DNA of 64,000 bases from Stegostoma tigrinum (GCF_030684315.1 NC_081372.1:26758095-26822094), one strand, 5' to 3'; counted from the stretch's first letter, positions 28,777 to 42,109 are shown. Program-made: numbers and translations. Notes: generated from the letters alone by a model not told the origin.

Positions 28777-28896
28777 TGTTGCATGTGAGTTGGATGTGGG
28801 ATCTTTCACATAAAGAGCGGTGTTAGATTTACGTACAGGATCATTCAAGCTCTTTTGTTCCTGGTTGGACGAATCCTTTGATTTTGCACAACCCAT
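28777..28896 (-). CDS. HCK: HCK first coding exon (CDS 120 nt; exon begins at 28900): MGCAKSKDSSNQEQKSLNDPVRKSNTALYVKDPTSNSHAT
   Basis: MGCxKSK myristoylation/palmitoylation SH4 motif; YVxDPTS unique-domain motif of HCK/LYN; acceptor ttttttttcag|AAAT ATG; donor ACA|gtaagt. Confidence 0.93.
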
Positions 28897-29849
28897 ATTT
28901 CTGAAAAAAAAATTGTTGAAAGCAATGACTGGATTTTCATGAGTAGCCTAGGTTCAGTGATTGAATGTGCAAATTACAACACTACAAATACAAACCCTCA
29001 ATTATGCACCTGTACATCATCTGGAATGCTTAGACTGGTGCAACCAATTAGACCTCAAATTAACACCTTGGAATGTTAGCTCACTTATTACTTGATAGGC
29101 TATTCTGAAATCCATTCTTGCTACGTCAGCTGGAGAGTAAATCCCAAAACAAAGAAAATTAGGTGGAAAACAAAAAAAATACCATTGTGCCTGGAATTTC
29201 AGATTCCTATTCCTTCACAAGGTTAGTTGGAGAAACAGGGGTTGACCAGACCAGCTGGATATTGTTTAAATCAAATGTTGTTACACTTAAAACTGTCACA
29301 TTCCGTCAGTTTGTCACAGAAAGCTTTGGAGTGCTAGCTTCAACACTTTTTTTGTAGTTGTGAGAAAAGCAAGAATATCTGGGACTTCAATATTTTCACC
29401 ACAAATATTGTTGAAATGGAAAATTAAATTTGTCAGTCAGCACATTACCCAAATAATCGCACAAAACCTAATTTCTTGGGAAAGCTGATCCAGGACTTGG
29501 CAAACAAACAAAAACAAACTTTAAAATTTACAAACATGAAAAGCACAGAATTAAAACATTTCAGACCAGTAGATTAACAAGGCAATTATATTGATATGAA
29601 ACTACTGCTGAGGAATTATAGTAAATTGAGCAATCTAGGAGTTACATCATATTTACTGCCTACGTTATTAAACAATCATTGCCCTCATGGCCAAGATCAA
29701 TGCACAATGCATTTGATTTCTTTGATGTGAAAACTTTATGAAGTACAATGTTAAATAACAAATTGGGGGAAGGGATGTGTTAGGTTCTGTTCCTGATCAG
29801 CACTAAATTAGCAGATAAATCTTAGTCAAGAAGAAACGTCCCTGAAGAA

Positions 29850-31480
29850 TACAAAGTCGGCTTGAAAAAAAACAAGGAACTAAAAGAGCTAAAAGTGCTC
29901 ATGGAATGTTTTTAGCAACAGAGTTAAAGGAAAATCCCAATGGATTTTATACATATATAAAGAGGTCAAGAAAGTAGCTGGGGTAAGGATAGTGCCACTT
30001 AAGGACAAAGGAGGGAATTTATGTGTAGAGCTGGAGGAAGTGAGTAGCTCCTGTATAAAATCCTTTGCATCAGTATTCACAAACAGAAGGGTGGTGAGTT
30101 TTGGGAGGGGTACGTTGCCATTCCGGGACATACGACAAAGAGATGGTGTCGGGGTTTAAAAATCATTAAAGATAGACAAACCCCCATGTCCTGACAGGAT
30201 CAATCCCAGAATGCTGAGGGAGGCCGGTCAGCCTCAAGTCAGTGACGGGCAAATTATTGGTGAAGATTCTTAGAGAGAAGATTTACTCACATTTGGAAAA
30301 CTACAGACTTACCAGCATTATGCAACATGGTTTTGGGGAAGGAAGGTCACATCTCACAAACTCGATTGAGATTTTTTGCGTGAGTGACAAAGATCATTGA
30401 TAAGGGCAAGGTGGTAGATGCTGTCTATACGGACTTCAGCAAGGTTTTGACACGGTCCCTCATGGCAGGCTAATACACAAGATTAAATCACTTGTGATTC
30501 ACAGTGAGTTGGTAAGATGAATGCAGAACTGGCTTAGTCAGTCAGAGGGAAAAAAAAGTAGCAGCGAAAGGGTGTTTTTCTGACTGGAGATCTGTGACCA
30601 GTGATATTCTGAAGGGAGCAGTGTTGGGACCTTTGGTGAATTGGGGGAAGATGTAGATAGTGAGGAGGATTGCTAGAAGATACAGCAGGATACAGCTGAG
30701 GAGGAGGAGTGGGCAGAGAAATGACAAATGGAGTTTAATGCAGGCAAATACACGGTCATGCATTTTGAAATATCTAATACAGCAGGGAAGTATACAGTAA
30801 ATGGCAGAAAATTTAACAGTATCAACATAGAGGAATGAGTACAAGTTCACAGATCCCCCAAAAATGGCAACACTAGTAGTTAAGGTGGTCAATGCACCAT
30901 AGAGAATAAAAATTAGCAAGTCATGTTGCAGCTGTATAGTGAGGCCACATTTAGAATATAGTGTGTAGTACTGGTCACCATACTACAAGAGGAGGATGGG
31001 GCGGCTGTGGAAAGATTACAGAAATAGTTTACCAGGATGTTGCCTGGTTTGGAGGGTGTTCGCTATGAGGAGAGATTGGAGAAACCTGGTTTATTTTAAC
31101 CTGAAGGACAAAGGATAAGGGGAGACTTTATAGAAGTTTACCAAGTTATGAGGGGCATGGATGGAATGGATAGTCAGCGTCTTTTCCCCCAGAAGGTAGA
31201 AATGTCAATTAACTTTATGATAAGAGGGGATACGTTTGAAAGGAGATGTGGGAGGTATTCTGCTTGTGCAGAATATGGTAAGTTCTTGGAATACACCGGC
31301 CGAGGGAGTAGATACAATAGCAATGTTTTAGAGACATCTTGACAGATACGTAAACAGGCAGGGAAGAGGAATATGGACCACGTAGAGACAAAAAGGTTTT
31401 TAAATTTAGAAAGAAAGACATCATGAGTTGGCCTGGTCTGGGTGAAGCAAAAGACACGTTCCTGTGCTGTAATGTTCTTC
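29850..31480 (+). mobile_element. Degenerate CR1 LINE ORF2 (RT) to 3' end
   Basis: ENPNGFYTYI, FASVFT, P.PDRINPRMLRE, VDAVYTDFSKVFD.VPHGRLI, G.VLGP and C-terminal remnants with many frameshifts. Confidence 0.85.
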
Positions 31481-32365
31481 TTAATCCAAGGTATTAATTG
31501 GGCAGCGAGAAATTGGGGCCTAGGGATAACTAAAATAAAAACCAGGATTCTGCTTTCGATTATTGTTCAATAATCTCTTGGTAAAAGCATCTGTATGGAT
31601 GTGCGCTGTTCCAGTAGCCTACAGGCACTCTGCTGAGGCACATGTCAAAATAGTCAACTGTGATAGGCACAGATGGCCTACTGATACTCACTGAAAAAGC
31701 TTGAAGACTGAGTCAGCTCCATAAAGGTGCAGTAAAGATGATAATTCAGGAGACAGGAAAAAATACAAAGGGAACCGTATCAAAATCTTTTTCTTCTTAG
31801 AAATAATGTAAACTTGTAGAACATATAATTATAAATGTTATGAATTAGTTGTATCGAAAACATTGAAAGAGTCTCCCATTCAAATAAAATTTGGGCTCAA
31901 AGGGATTTATTTCTCATGAAAATTTAGGGTACTAACTTCAGGGGCAGAAAGGAGGACTGCAATGTTTTTCTGTTCCAACTCGAAGCATCTGATTGACCCC
32001 ATGCTCACAAAAGCAGAGATTGCTTGCACCCATTCCTTTTCACAGAACGTCAGTGTAGATGTCAATAAATTTTCCCCATTACATCATGACTTTGTATCTT
32101 GTCCCAGATGTTATGGGTCAATTCTGAACATGTCTTTTCAAAAAAAAAGAAACAGGTCAAAATTCAGACTCAAAAGGGCATCAGTTCCAAGAAAGCATGT
32201 GATTGCAGTTCAGTGACTGGGGAGAAACCTGTGTTGTTACTGAACAAAATGATTTATACTGTCACGCTTAAGTGACAGACAAGGTAAACACAAAGGCCCT
32301 AAACATAGGTTTTTATTTTCAAACATTTAGTTCGATTCAGAGGAACCAGACACTTCAACGGTAGT

Positions 32366-32588
32366 GAGATAAGGTGTAGAGCTGGATGAACACAGCAGGC
32401 AAGCAGCATCAGAGGCGCAGGAAAGCTGGCGTTTCAAGCTTAGACCCTTCTTCAGAAGATTTCTGAAGGAGGGTCGAGGTCCAAAACGTCAGCCTTCCTG
32501 CTCCTCTGATGCTACTTGGCCTGCTGCGTTCATTCAGCTCTACACAGTTTTCTCAGATTCTCTAGCATCTGCAGTTCCTACTAACTCT
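32366..32588. mobile_element. Palindromic pLTR derivative (first family)
   Basis: Inverted arms meeting at acccttcttcagaa|gat|ttctgaaggagggtc; possible decayed TSD cttcaacggtagt / cttcagcagcagt. Confidence 0.88.
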
Positions 32589-32869
32589 TCAGCAGCAGTT
32601 TCCAGTTTGTGGATTTCCCAAGCCAGAACTGCTTGTATACGTTGTCTTCAAGCTGTTCAATCAAGAAAACCTAGACTTTAGAATTAAGAAAAGTTCATAC
32701 TAGCAGACCCGAAAAGGAATCAAAAATGGTCTCAGCATTCTGAGAGAAAGAATCTGCAATGTGTCAGTTACGTAAAGATTTTAAAAATATAAAAGAGAGT
32801 GATATTGTTGTGGGATCGAGTCTCTAGTGAATAGTGTCAGAAACCGGTTGAAACTTTATTTTAATATAA

Positions 32870-33020
32870 GACCATAAGGCCATTCGGCTCATCAAGTCCA
32901 CTCCGCCATTTAAGTCATGGCTGATGGGTATTTCAACTCCACTTCCCTGCACTCTCCCCGTAGCCCTTGATTCCTTATGAGATCAAGAATTTGTCGATGT
33001 CTGCCTTGAAGGCATCCAAA
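32870..33020 (-). mobile_element. CR1 3' UTR fragment
   Basis: taagaccataag tail, ggccattcggctcatcaagtcc...catggctgat pattern. Confidence 0.65.
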
Positions 33021-33319
33021 AGCGCTTTCCATACAGTCTTCTAACTCAATTTGTTTCCCCTCTGGTTTAATAAACTTGTGCTTGGTTGTGAAAGAACACC
33101 TGTTACCTCATATGAATATTTCAGAGATCAACACTACGGCAACCAACTGGAAAAATTAAAATGCATGATCCATCAAGTCAGTTTCACTCAAATTGGACTT
33201 GTCCATTATTCCATCAGCTGCAACCATAACACAGAACATGACTACTAATATCTACAACTGCATAAAACAAAAAGAGCATGCAAGAATTCTTCATACTAAG
33301 AAAATCTTCTGTACAAAAT

Positions 33320-33635
33320 GATCAGGTGTATAGATAAAGTGGATGGCCAAAGACCTTTACCTAAAGGTGAAGGTAGCTATTACGAGGGGACGTAGTTTTA
33401 AAGTAAGTGGAGGTAGATTGTTTACTCAGAGAATGGAGGAGGCGTGGACTGCATTGCCAGAGAGGGTAGTGGAGTTGGCTTCATTAGGGGCATTTAAGCA
33501 GCTGTTAGATAGGCATATGGATGATAGTATAAGGTAGCGGTGGAAGTTAGATAGACCTTAGGTTGAGGGTAAAAGGTCAGCACATCATCATGGGCCAAAG
33601 GGCCTGTACTGTGCTGGACAGTTTTATGTTCTATG
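33320..33635 (+). mobile_element. CR1 3' end fragment
   Basis: ORF 33343-33537 TRGRSFKV...FTQRM.EAW.ALPERVVE...AFK.LLDRHM; ends gggcctgtactgtgctg...ttctatg. Confidence 0.85.
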
Positions 33636-34619
33636 TAATCTCAGTCTAGTTATTAAATAGATACTTTCCACGTGATGGCAGTACAATGACAATGCTCAGT
33701 ATTGGAAAACCTGATTCTACCCAATTAAGAAACATCTTTCTTCTCAAAGAAGTGAGCTGTTAACTAGTTAACACACATTTTAATTACTTCTGGTTCCATC
33801 GATCGGCAGTACTGTTAAGATAGTTCTGTCAAACACTTAGACCTCTAGTAAATATCTTGTTAACACTTGCTTCCAAAAGGTCTGCTGACAATATAAAATT
33901 CAGGTAGACACGCTCCTCTTCCAATATGATTCTGGAATCATACCAGTCACCAGAATTATACCAGATTTCTATAACATTTTCTTGAATCCCGTCCAATTTA
34001 AAATCCTTTTGGATGTAGCGTGTTCAAACCTTTATTCAGCATCCTGAATCTGGCCTCATGAAGCCAACCCTGTTCTGACAAATGATTTGCATCCTAAATA
34101 TTATTTATTCTTTTTGTAATTGCAGATGAACTTTCGATAAGTTATCAACATTTCCTATTTTTGTTTTAGATTAAATATCAAAGTAAAAAGTGATGTTAAC
34201 CAGCAACTATCCTTAAGATTTCAAGCAATTATGCTTTGATTGATAATAAAATTCATTTTGTCATTTATGTTGTACAAAAAAAAGGCACAAATAAATCATG
34301 TGATTAATTATAGTTGTCCAAATAAAAATAAAAGAACATTTTAGATCCCAAACCAAATTACTGAGGCAGTATCATGTTTACTGCTCTGTAAAAGATTCTA
34401 AACTAGCCTTCCAACTCTGTGGTATATATTACAATATCGTACTTAACATTTTTGCACATTCATGTGCAAATAGAGCAAACTCAGTCACAGAAAACAATGC
34501 ATACTGGATCATCTTCGGTGTATACCAAGACCACTGTTTTTCCCCAAATGAATTTATGAAACCATTGCATAGTTACATGTTAGCAATCTCTTCTTAAAGC
34601 CTAACTAGTTGATGAAATT

Positions 34620-34801
34620 AAAAACCGAAAGAACTGTACATCAGGAATACAAACAAAAGTTGCTAGAAAAGTTCAGCAGGTCTGGCAGCATCTGTGAGGA
34701 ACAGTTAGAGTTCTGAGGGAGGGTCACTGTATCCAAAACGTTTACTCCGAATTTTCTTCACAGATGCTGACAGGCCTGCTGAGCTTTCCCAGCAACTTCT
34801 G
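34620..34801. mobile_element. Palindromic pLTR derivative (second family)
   Basis: Same inverted arms as 18716-18955; forward arm starts ttctgagggagggtcactgtatccaaaacgttt (degenerate hammerhead). Confidence 0.8.
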
Positions 34802-35289
34802 CAGATGATGCAATTGTTCAAATGAGTCAGTGTGTCCATCATTTCCTCTACCCACAGGTCTTACCCAAGAAGTAAACAAGATATGAAAACAGCAGGGGGT
34901 GGTTCAGGGCACATTTGGCCCGGAAATTGAGCAATATTATTTCTGCCAAAGATTCTTAGTCAGCTTGTATCCACCATTGGGTCAAGCCTAGTCCTAATTT
35001 AGACGGTACTTAAATTAAAGCTTTAGCTTTAGCTGTAGCTTGAAAAAAGCAAACTGTTATAAAATGTTTCATAATCTGTTTTCCCACCTTAATTATGGAA
35101 CCCCATTAAGTGATTAAATAAACCTCACTTACCTCTTGTCTGTTCTTCAGCTGGAAGATAAACCAGTTATTGGAAAGTTCTTGAACTTAAAAAAATTAGC
35201 ATTTGACACTGCTTCAAAACAGTTACACTGGCACTAGCATATTGACAACATTTTACCCATTTTCTATCGGCTGGTTAAGGTTAAAAGAA

Positions 35290-36160
35290 TCAGAATCACA
35301 TTTGTTGCAGTGAAGAAGGAAGCCATCATGTCTGCACCAGCTCTGAACAAGGATCATGATTCAATGCCATTCTCCTGTTCTGTCCAAGTAACCCCGTACA
35401 TTATTTAAATAGAAATAATCTAATGCTTTGATTGAACTTATCTCCACTATTCTTCTATGCTGTGCATTTCAGAACCAAACCACACACTCAGAATTTTGCA
35501 TTAAACCATATGGCATTAACTCGTTTTGCAAATCCCTAACCCCGTGTCTGTTTATTCTTGATCCTTTGACAAGTGGGAACAGTTTTGCCCCATTTCCTGT
35601 GTCCAGACCCCTCCCAAATTTGAAAACTTCCATCAAATCTCTTAACCGTCTCATCTAAGTCCCAACTTCTTCAATCTATCCTAATAACTGAAGTTTCTCG
35701 TCGGTGGAGCTGTTCTTGCACACCTCTTCTTCATTTTGTCTTAAGTGTTCATATCCTTTCCAAACTGCAGTATCCAGAACTATACTCAATACGTCAGTTG
35801 ATCTCTAGTGTCTTATACATATTAGCATAATTTCCCTTCTTTTGTAATCAATACCTATGAATACTGTATGCTTTAGCAATTTTTCTCCCCATCTGTCCTA
35901 CACCTTTAATGACTTGTGCATATTATTACCCAGGCCTCTCTGCTCCTTATATCCTTGAGTGGTATACACTGTTATATTGCCTCTCCAGGTTTTCAACCAA
36001 AATACATTACCTTGTGTCTTTACATTAAGGTTCATATGCTACCTAACTGCCCATTCTACCAACTTGTCAATGTCCTTTTGAGTTTCACACTGTGCTCCCC
36101 TCTATTTACAATTTCTTCCAAACTTTGTATGATCTGCAAACTTGAAAATCATTCTGTGCA
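35290..36160 (-). mobile_element. Old CR1 LINE 3' fragment
   Basis: ORF 35469-35654 RRLRDLMEVFKFGRGLD..N..KLFPLVKGS; EYSSGYCS and DDTKFG-like remnants. Confidence 0.75.
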
Positions 36161-37419
36161 TTTAACAGTGTTATTCACTTGGTAATACTTTTCTCAGGGT
36201 TACCAGCTTCCAGCAGGGTGTGGGGCCTGTTCTAAGCCTCACCTGTCCATACAATTAGATGCAAAAAGACATTATAATATGAATTCAAAGATTAGGATGT
36301 TCTTATATCCTCACAGGTAGCCAATACATTACTGATACTTGGATAAAGTTTATCAAAACTATTATTTCTTCTCCCCCAATTCTTTCTCTAGATCTCCTGC
36401 CCAGTGATCAACCTTGCAATTCCTCATTACATACATTCAGCACATCAACATGTCCCTCCAGTCTCAGTAATCAAAACTGACCAGAGTACTTGAAAAATGG
36501 TCTGAGAAGGCTAATATACAGCTTACTCATGACCTACTGTTCATATATAATAGTTCACAGTTCTACTGCAGGCATCTTCAACTGTCGTCCAGCACTTGTC
36601 AGATATATTAAATGCCTGATCCAATAAAACCACCCCGTTCAACTTCATCCTTATACTTTATTTGTTTGCTGAGATAGCTGTCATTACAGTTACCAACTTG
36701 ACCTTATTACGTGATACTCTAATGGTTCTCCATACAGAAATTTCAGGTATTCTGGTTTTGCTGATATTCAAGCTTTATGAAATAAGACCACCAATTTCCA
36801 AGTTACCCCTGTTCACCATTGCTTCTCCTTGTTTGGCCACATCAGCAAATACGATCAATTTGCTTTGATCTGTTGAATCCAAATCATTAATTTAAATTTA
36901 TAAACCACAAGGTAACTTATTCAGTATTTTCCTGGATGTACCTCTCAGAGGAAACATTTTTAGTAATGTAAGCAATTTTTTAAAAAAAATCCAGTCCTAA
37001 GATTTATTTTGTTCCCAACAGCTTGGAGTTTAATTGATGCCCAAATGTCATCAACCTTCAGAAATTATGGTGCACCACATCATAACAGTGCCCACTTCAA
37101 CAAATGAGTAAAGACTTGGTCAGGTGGGATTTGAAAATATATTCAATTTATCATCATTTCTTGCAACGTATCAGTCAGTCAATGTAGTAGGATATATTTG
37201 CATTGCACAAAATGAAGATTCATTCATATCGATACATTTATACCCCTTGCAGCCGAGGCAGTCTACAATATGCGAGTATCCCACTACATGTAAATCTGAA
37301 ATTCAGTGCAGGAGTTTCGATTTCCATTTGCTGGAACTATCAGAGGTGGAAGAAGGGAGTAGATTTTGGTTTCTTTTATAAATCAGTTATAAATTCTGTG
37401 TCTGATACTAGCTCTCTAA

Positions 37420-37502
37420 CAGCTGAAGGAGGAGTAAGACTCTGAAAGTTTGTTATTTCAAATAAACCTGTTGGACTAGAACCTGGTGTGTGATTTCTGA
37501 CC
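37420..37502 (+). mobile_element. pLTR-like fragment of a third hammerhead-bearing (probable PLE) family
   Basis: ctgaagga-ggag-taaga-ctct-gaaagttt followed by caaataaacctgttggacta.aacctggtgt, which I recognise from memory as a shark PLE terminal sequence. Confidence 0.55.
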
Positions 37503-38984
37503 TGGATAGTACAATCTTCGAGTAGGAGGGGAGTCGTTTCATCCAATTCTGGACCACAACTTCTTGTTCTCTGAGGAACAACAATGGGGAATCAGCCAGA
37601 CCAAGATTTAAAACAAAAACAGCCTTCAAAACATCACAGGTAGCTGCAAAAGCAAAAAGATGGGCTGAAAATTTAAGGAAAGGTCATGCACCCCCTACAG
37701 TAATACTGTATCTTATGCATGATCCAGGTCTGAACAAGTGCAGTTGCAGGTGTCTTTTTGGGAGTGGGAAGATGTGCAGAATTTATTCTGGGCGCTACAA
37801 TTGGCAGAGTAGCATCTTTGAGTAGCTATTCCTCCCAGAGATTCTGTCTTCTTATGCTCTGCAGTGCTAGTCCCTCCAGTCACATCTCGCTCCTCCTCAC
37901 TCTTACTGTTCTTCCAGCGACACAACTGCTGATCTGAAGATTAAATCTGTGATTCAAGAGCTGGAGCAATAGCGTGGGACAGACAGGAAAACTGAAAGTA
38001 AGAGAAGAACCTTTGCCTTATCAGAAGTCAGAAAGAGAAATAAATCTCTTCATAACTTGGGAGTCTAAGGAAAATTGATTTTTTTTAATTTGAGGGGAAA
38101 GGCTGGGGTTATGAATGGTAACTGTTTCTGCTCGTTGTTAGGAACAACACACAGTGATATCTTTTTCAATAAATTTAAATCAACAACCCCCTTCCCATCC
38201 CTCTCCCATTTACAACCACCCTATTTTAACACAAATTAAAAGAAAATTGGGATCTCTGGCGGCGGGCAAGGGAGCAGCAGGTTCAGTAATAGCAGGTAGT
38301 TTTGGCTGTGCGTAAGAGAAGAAATGTGAAACAGAGGGAGGGGAAATAATGGACTGAGAAGTGGAAGAGGCAGCCATTAGGAAAGAATTGGGGTGAAGGA
38401 ATTGGAGAGCAGAAGACTCCCAAAGGGGTAGGGGGAACAAGAGAGAAAAACAGGCACAGAATGACAGGTAACACACATTTTCAAATTTGCAGCTTATTTT
38501 GTGCACATGGTTTTCCAGATTTTTTAAAAATAATATTTATTTCTTCTTCCTGTGTGGCTTTCAAGTTCACATACTATTGCTGGCAGAGAAAAAATACATC
38601 CTTTGCATGGCTTTCTGCCCTTTAATACTTGTTCAATGCATTATTTTGAGATTAAAAGTTTAAAGTTGAGAGAAAACAAATATTTCGGAAATCCAATCTG
38701 GCGGGTCCCTTCAAGCCATAAAAAAAAATTCTACAATACGAACGTTCATCATGACAGAAGCTTTCTTGCCTGTTATTCTGGAAGTATTTTATATTTTTTA
38801 AAAACTGTTTTTTCATTTAGAAAAGATTGGGAGTTCATTTGATCCAGAATAGTCTAACCTTCCAGCTGTTGATTTTGCTTTAATTTAGAAGGGAACAATA
38901 ATGTATTTTCAGATGTGGGGTGGTGAGAAGTAGTCTGGGAGGAAGAGATTCAGTGTGAAAGAAAAAAAACTGTTTAATCTCCAC

Positions 38985-41100
38985 CCCCTCTCCCACAGAA
39001 CGTGCAGCCCTCCACTCCAACCCTGACCTCACCATCAAATCTACCAGATAAGAGAGGAGGACAGTGGTGGGATGGCACACTGATGTTTACGTAGCCAAGG
39101 CCTGGCACCAACTCTACGGCCCTCCCTCAACCATGACCCCATCCCTGACCAAACTATTGTCTCTTAAAACATTCATAACCTCATCACCTCAGGTGACCTC
39201 CCAGCCACAGGTTCCAACCTCATCATTACCCAAACCTGCACCATCCGTTTTTATCTCCTTCCCAAAATCCACAAACCTGACTGCACTGGCTGACCCACTG
39301 GGGCAGGAGCAGGAAAAGACACCGAACTTCTCCCTGTGTACTTTGACTCTTTTCTCCCTGGTCCAGGAACTCCCCACCTACTTTTGTGACACCATCTATG
39401 TCCTCCATCTCCTCCAAGACTTCCAATTCCCTGGCCCCTAACACCTCATCTTTATTATGGACATCCAATCCCTGTAAACTTGTACTCCCCACACAGACAG
39501 TCTAAAAGGCCTCCACTACTACTTCTGCCACAGGCCGAACCAGTCCCCCTCCACTGACACCCTCATCTACTTAACCAAACTCATCCTTGCCCTTAACTGC
39601 TTTTCCTTTAACTCCTCACACTTCCTGCAGACTAAGGGGGTGGCCACGGGCACACGCATGGGCCCAAGCTATGCCTGCCTCTTCGTTCAATATGTGGAAC
39701 AGTCCCTTTGCTTCTGTAACACTGGCACTATCTCCCACCTCTTCATCCGCTACGTCAATGACTATCTGCGCTGCCTTGTTCCCCCATGAGGAGCTTGAAC
39801 AGTTCAACTCTACTAACAGCTTTCACCCCAACCTCAAGTTCACCTGGACCATCTCTGATACCTCCCTGTCTCCATCTCTGGTGGCTGCTTCAAAACTGAT
39901 GTTTATTTAAAGCCCAACTTCCACAGCTACCTGGGCTACATCTCCTCTCACCCACTTTTCTGCAAGAATACAATCCTCTAATCCCAATTCCTCTGCCTCC
40001 ACTGCATCCACTCCTAAGATTGGGGGGCTCCATTGCTGCACATCTCAAGTGTCCTCCTATTTCAAAGGACCATATCTTCCTCCTTCCGATCAAAAATGCA
40101 CTCAACTGCATCTCTTTCATTTCCCCACACTTCTGCCCTCACACCCCCTCCCCTCAACAAAAATAAAGAACAGAATCCCCTTCATCCTCATCTCACCCCA
40201 CCAACCTCCACATCCAACATATCAGTTTCCACCGCTTCTGCTGCCTGCAATCCGACCCGACAACCAAACTTCTCCCCCTCCCATCTGCCTTACATTGGGA
40301 CCGCTCTCTCCGTGACTCCCTCGTCCACTCCACACGCTCCACTAGCCTCACTGCCCCGGCACCTTTCCCTGCAACCACAGGAAGTACTACACCTACCCCT
40401 CTCCCCCCCACCCCACCTCACTTCCATTCGAGGCACAAAACAAACCTTCCATGTCAGACAGGGGGTCACCTGTACATCTTCCAACTTGGCCTATTGTATC
40501 TGTAGGTCACATCGGGAGCAGCATCGGGGAGGCCAAGCAAAGGCTCGGAGATAATTTTGTAGAGCACCTGCACTCTGTTCATGACAATGGCAACACCTTC
40601 TGTTCGCCAACCATTTTAATTCCCCCTCCCTGAGTAACACATCCATCCTGGGCCTCCTTCAGTATCACAATGATACCAACCACAAACTGGAAAAGCAACA
40701 CCTCATATTCTGCCTCGGGAGCCTATAGCCTGTTGGCCCGAACACTGAATTCGCCAGTTTCAAAATCTCCCCACCCCTGGCCTCAACCCGTAACCAAACC
40801 TTCCTCTCATCCCTGCCTCCTTAACCTGACACAACCTGTCCATCTATCGACTCCTCCCACCTCACTGTCCAATCCCCACCACTCCCTACCTGTACTCACC
40901 TATCACCATCCTACCTACCTTCCCCAGCCCCACCCCTCCCTTCTCCATTTATTCCTGAGCTCCCTTCCCTCTCCCAATTTCTAAAGGATCCTGACCCAAA
41001 ATGTGAATTTTCCTGCCCCTCTGATTTTGCTGGCCTACTGTGTTCCTCCAGCTCCACGTGCGTTGTCTCTGACTACAGCATCTGCAGTTCTTGCTATCTT
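38985..41100 (+). mobile_element. Decayed Penelope-like retroelement (RT + GIY-YIG endonuclease + pLTR), 5'-truncated
   Basis: Frameshifted motifs NPDLTIK..DK.G.VV.W, IFIMDIQSL, FLQTKGVATGTRMGPSYACLF, FIRYVND (YIDD-like), NSFHPNLKFT, CTSSNL.YCI.C, IGEAKQRLGDNF.EHL.SV; ends in pLTR. Confidence 0.9.
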
Positions 41101-41684
41101 TTTAATTATTGTCGGATTCTTGGACACCACCCAAGAGTCCCAAATTTCTTAAGATCTTACTTAAAATGTTTTATGCCTTTACTTCCAACAAACCCCTGAA
41201 AGGTCTGCTGGTTCACAGATAGGGGTGGGTGTGAAGGAGAGGAATGAGACAAAAATATTTAGCTGCTTGAAGCATCTATAATTTACACAAATCCTTCACA
41301 GGTAACATTTTCCCAGTCTATGACACGGACAGTAGATGATTTGGAAGGAATTGGGAGAATAGTCAGGACCAGCAAAAATAAAAATTTGAGAAGTTTCTAA
41401 CTTAGAAGGCAGGTGCCAAAATATTGGCTGAATGGAGAGTGCAGGTCAGGCTGAACTTGGAGAAAAACCAGAGAGGAGATACATCTATGAAAGATATCTA
41501 TCTAAAAAAGTAGAAATGGGTGGTCTTGGTGATAGATGTGGTGTTTAGTGCTTGTGTTAGGAACCAGCAAGATGACAATTTGTTGGTAATTGGCCTTCTG
41601 TGAACAGAGTCAAGTTTGCTTTTGGACTAAGCCCCAAATAGCACAAGTGAAATCAATATTTTTTGATATGTGGGAATTATGATA

Positions 41685-42006
41685 GCGGCATGGTGGCTCA
41701 TTGGTTAGCACTGCAGCCTCACAGCACCAGGGACCCAGGTTCGATTCCAGCCTCGGGCAACTGTCTGCGTGGAGTTTGCGCATTCTCCCCATGTTTGCAT
41801 GGGTTTCCTCCAAGTGCTCTGGTTTCCTCCCACAGTCCAAAGATGTGCAGGCTAGGTGGATCGGTCATGCTAAATTGCCCGTAGTGTTCAGGGCTGTGTG
41901 GGTTATAGGGGGATGGGTCTGGGTAGGATGTTTCAAGGGGCGGTGTCAAGTTGTTGGGCTGAAGGGCCCGTTTCCACTCTGTAGGGAATCTAATCTAAGT
42001 TAATCT
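41685..42006 (+). mobile_element. HE1/V-type tRNA SINE, near full length
   Basis: A box tggctcattgg (41694-41704), B box ggttcgattcc (41738-41748), V-domain tggagtttgc.cattctcccc...ggtttcctcccacagtccaaagatgtgcagg, CR1-like tail (aatct)n. Confidence 0.92.
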
Positions 42007-42109
42007 TAGACCTACACAGTTGTTTTCAATACGAGTACATCAACACACTAAACAAAATAACTACATGGTGCAATAAACGTAGAATTATGAAGCAAATTCT
42101 TCCAACTTC

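Noticed and set aside
41685-41760. tRNA gene
   Set aside because: A and B boxes belong to an HE1/V-SINE head followed by V-domain and LINE-like tail; no complete cloverleaf.
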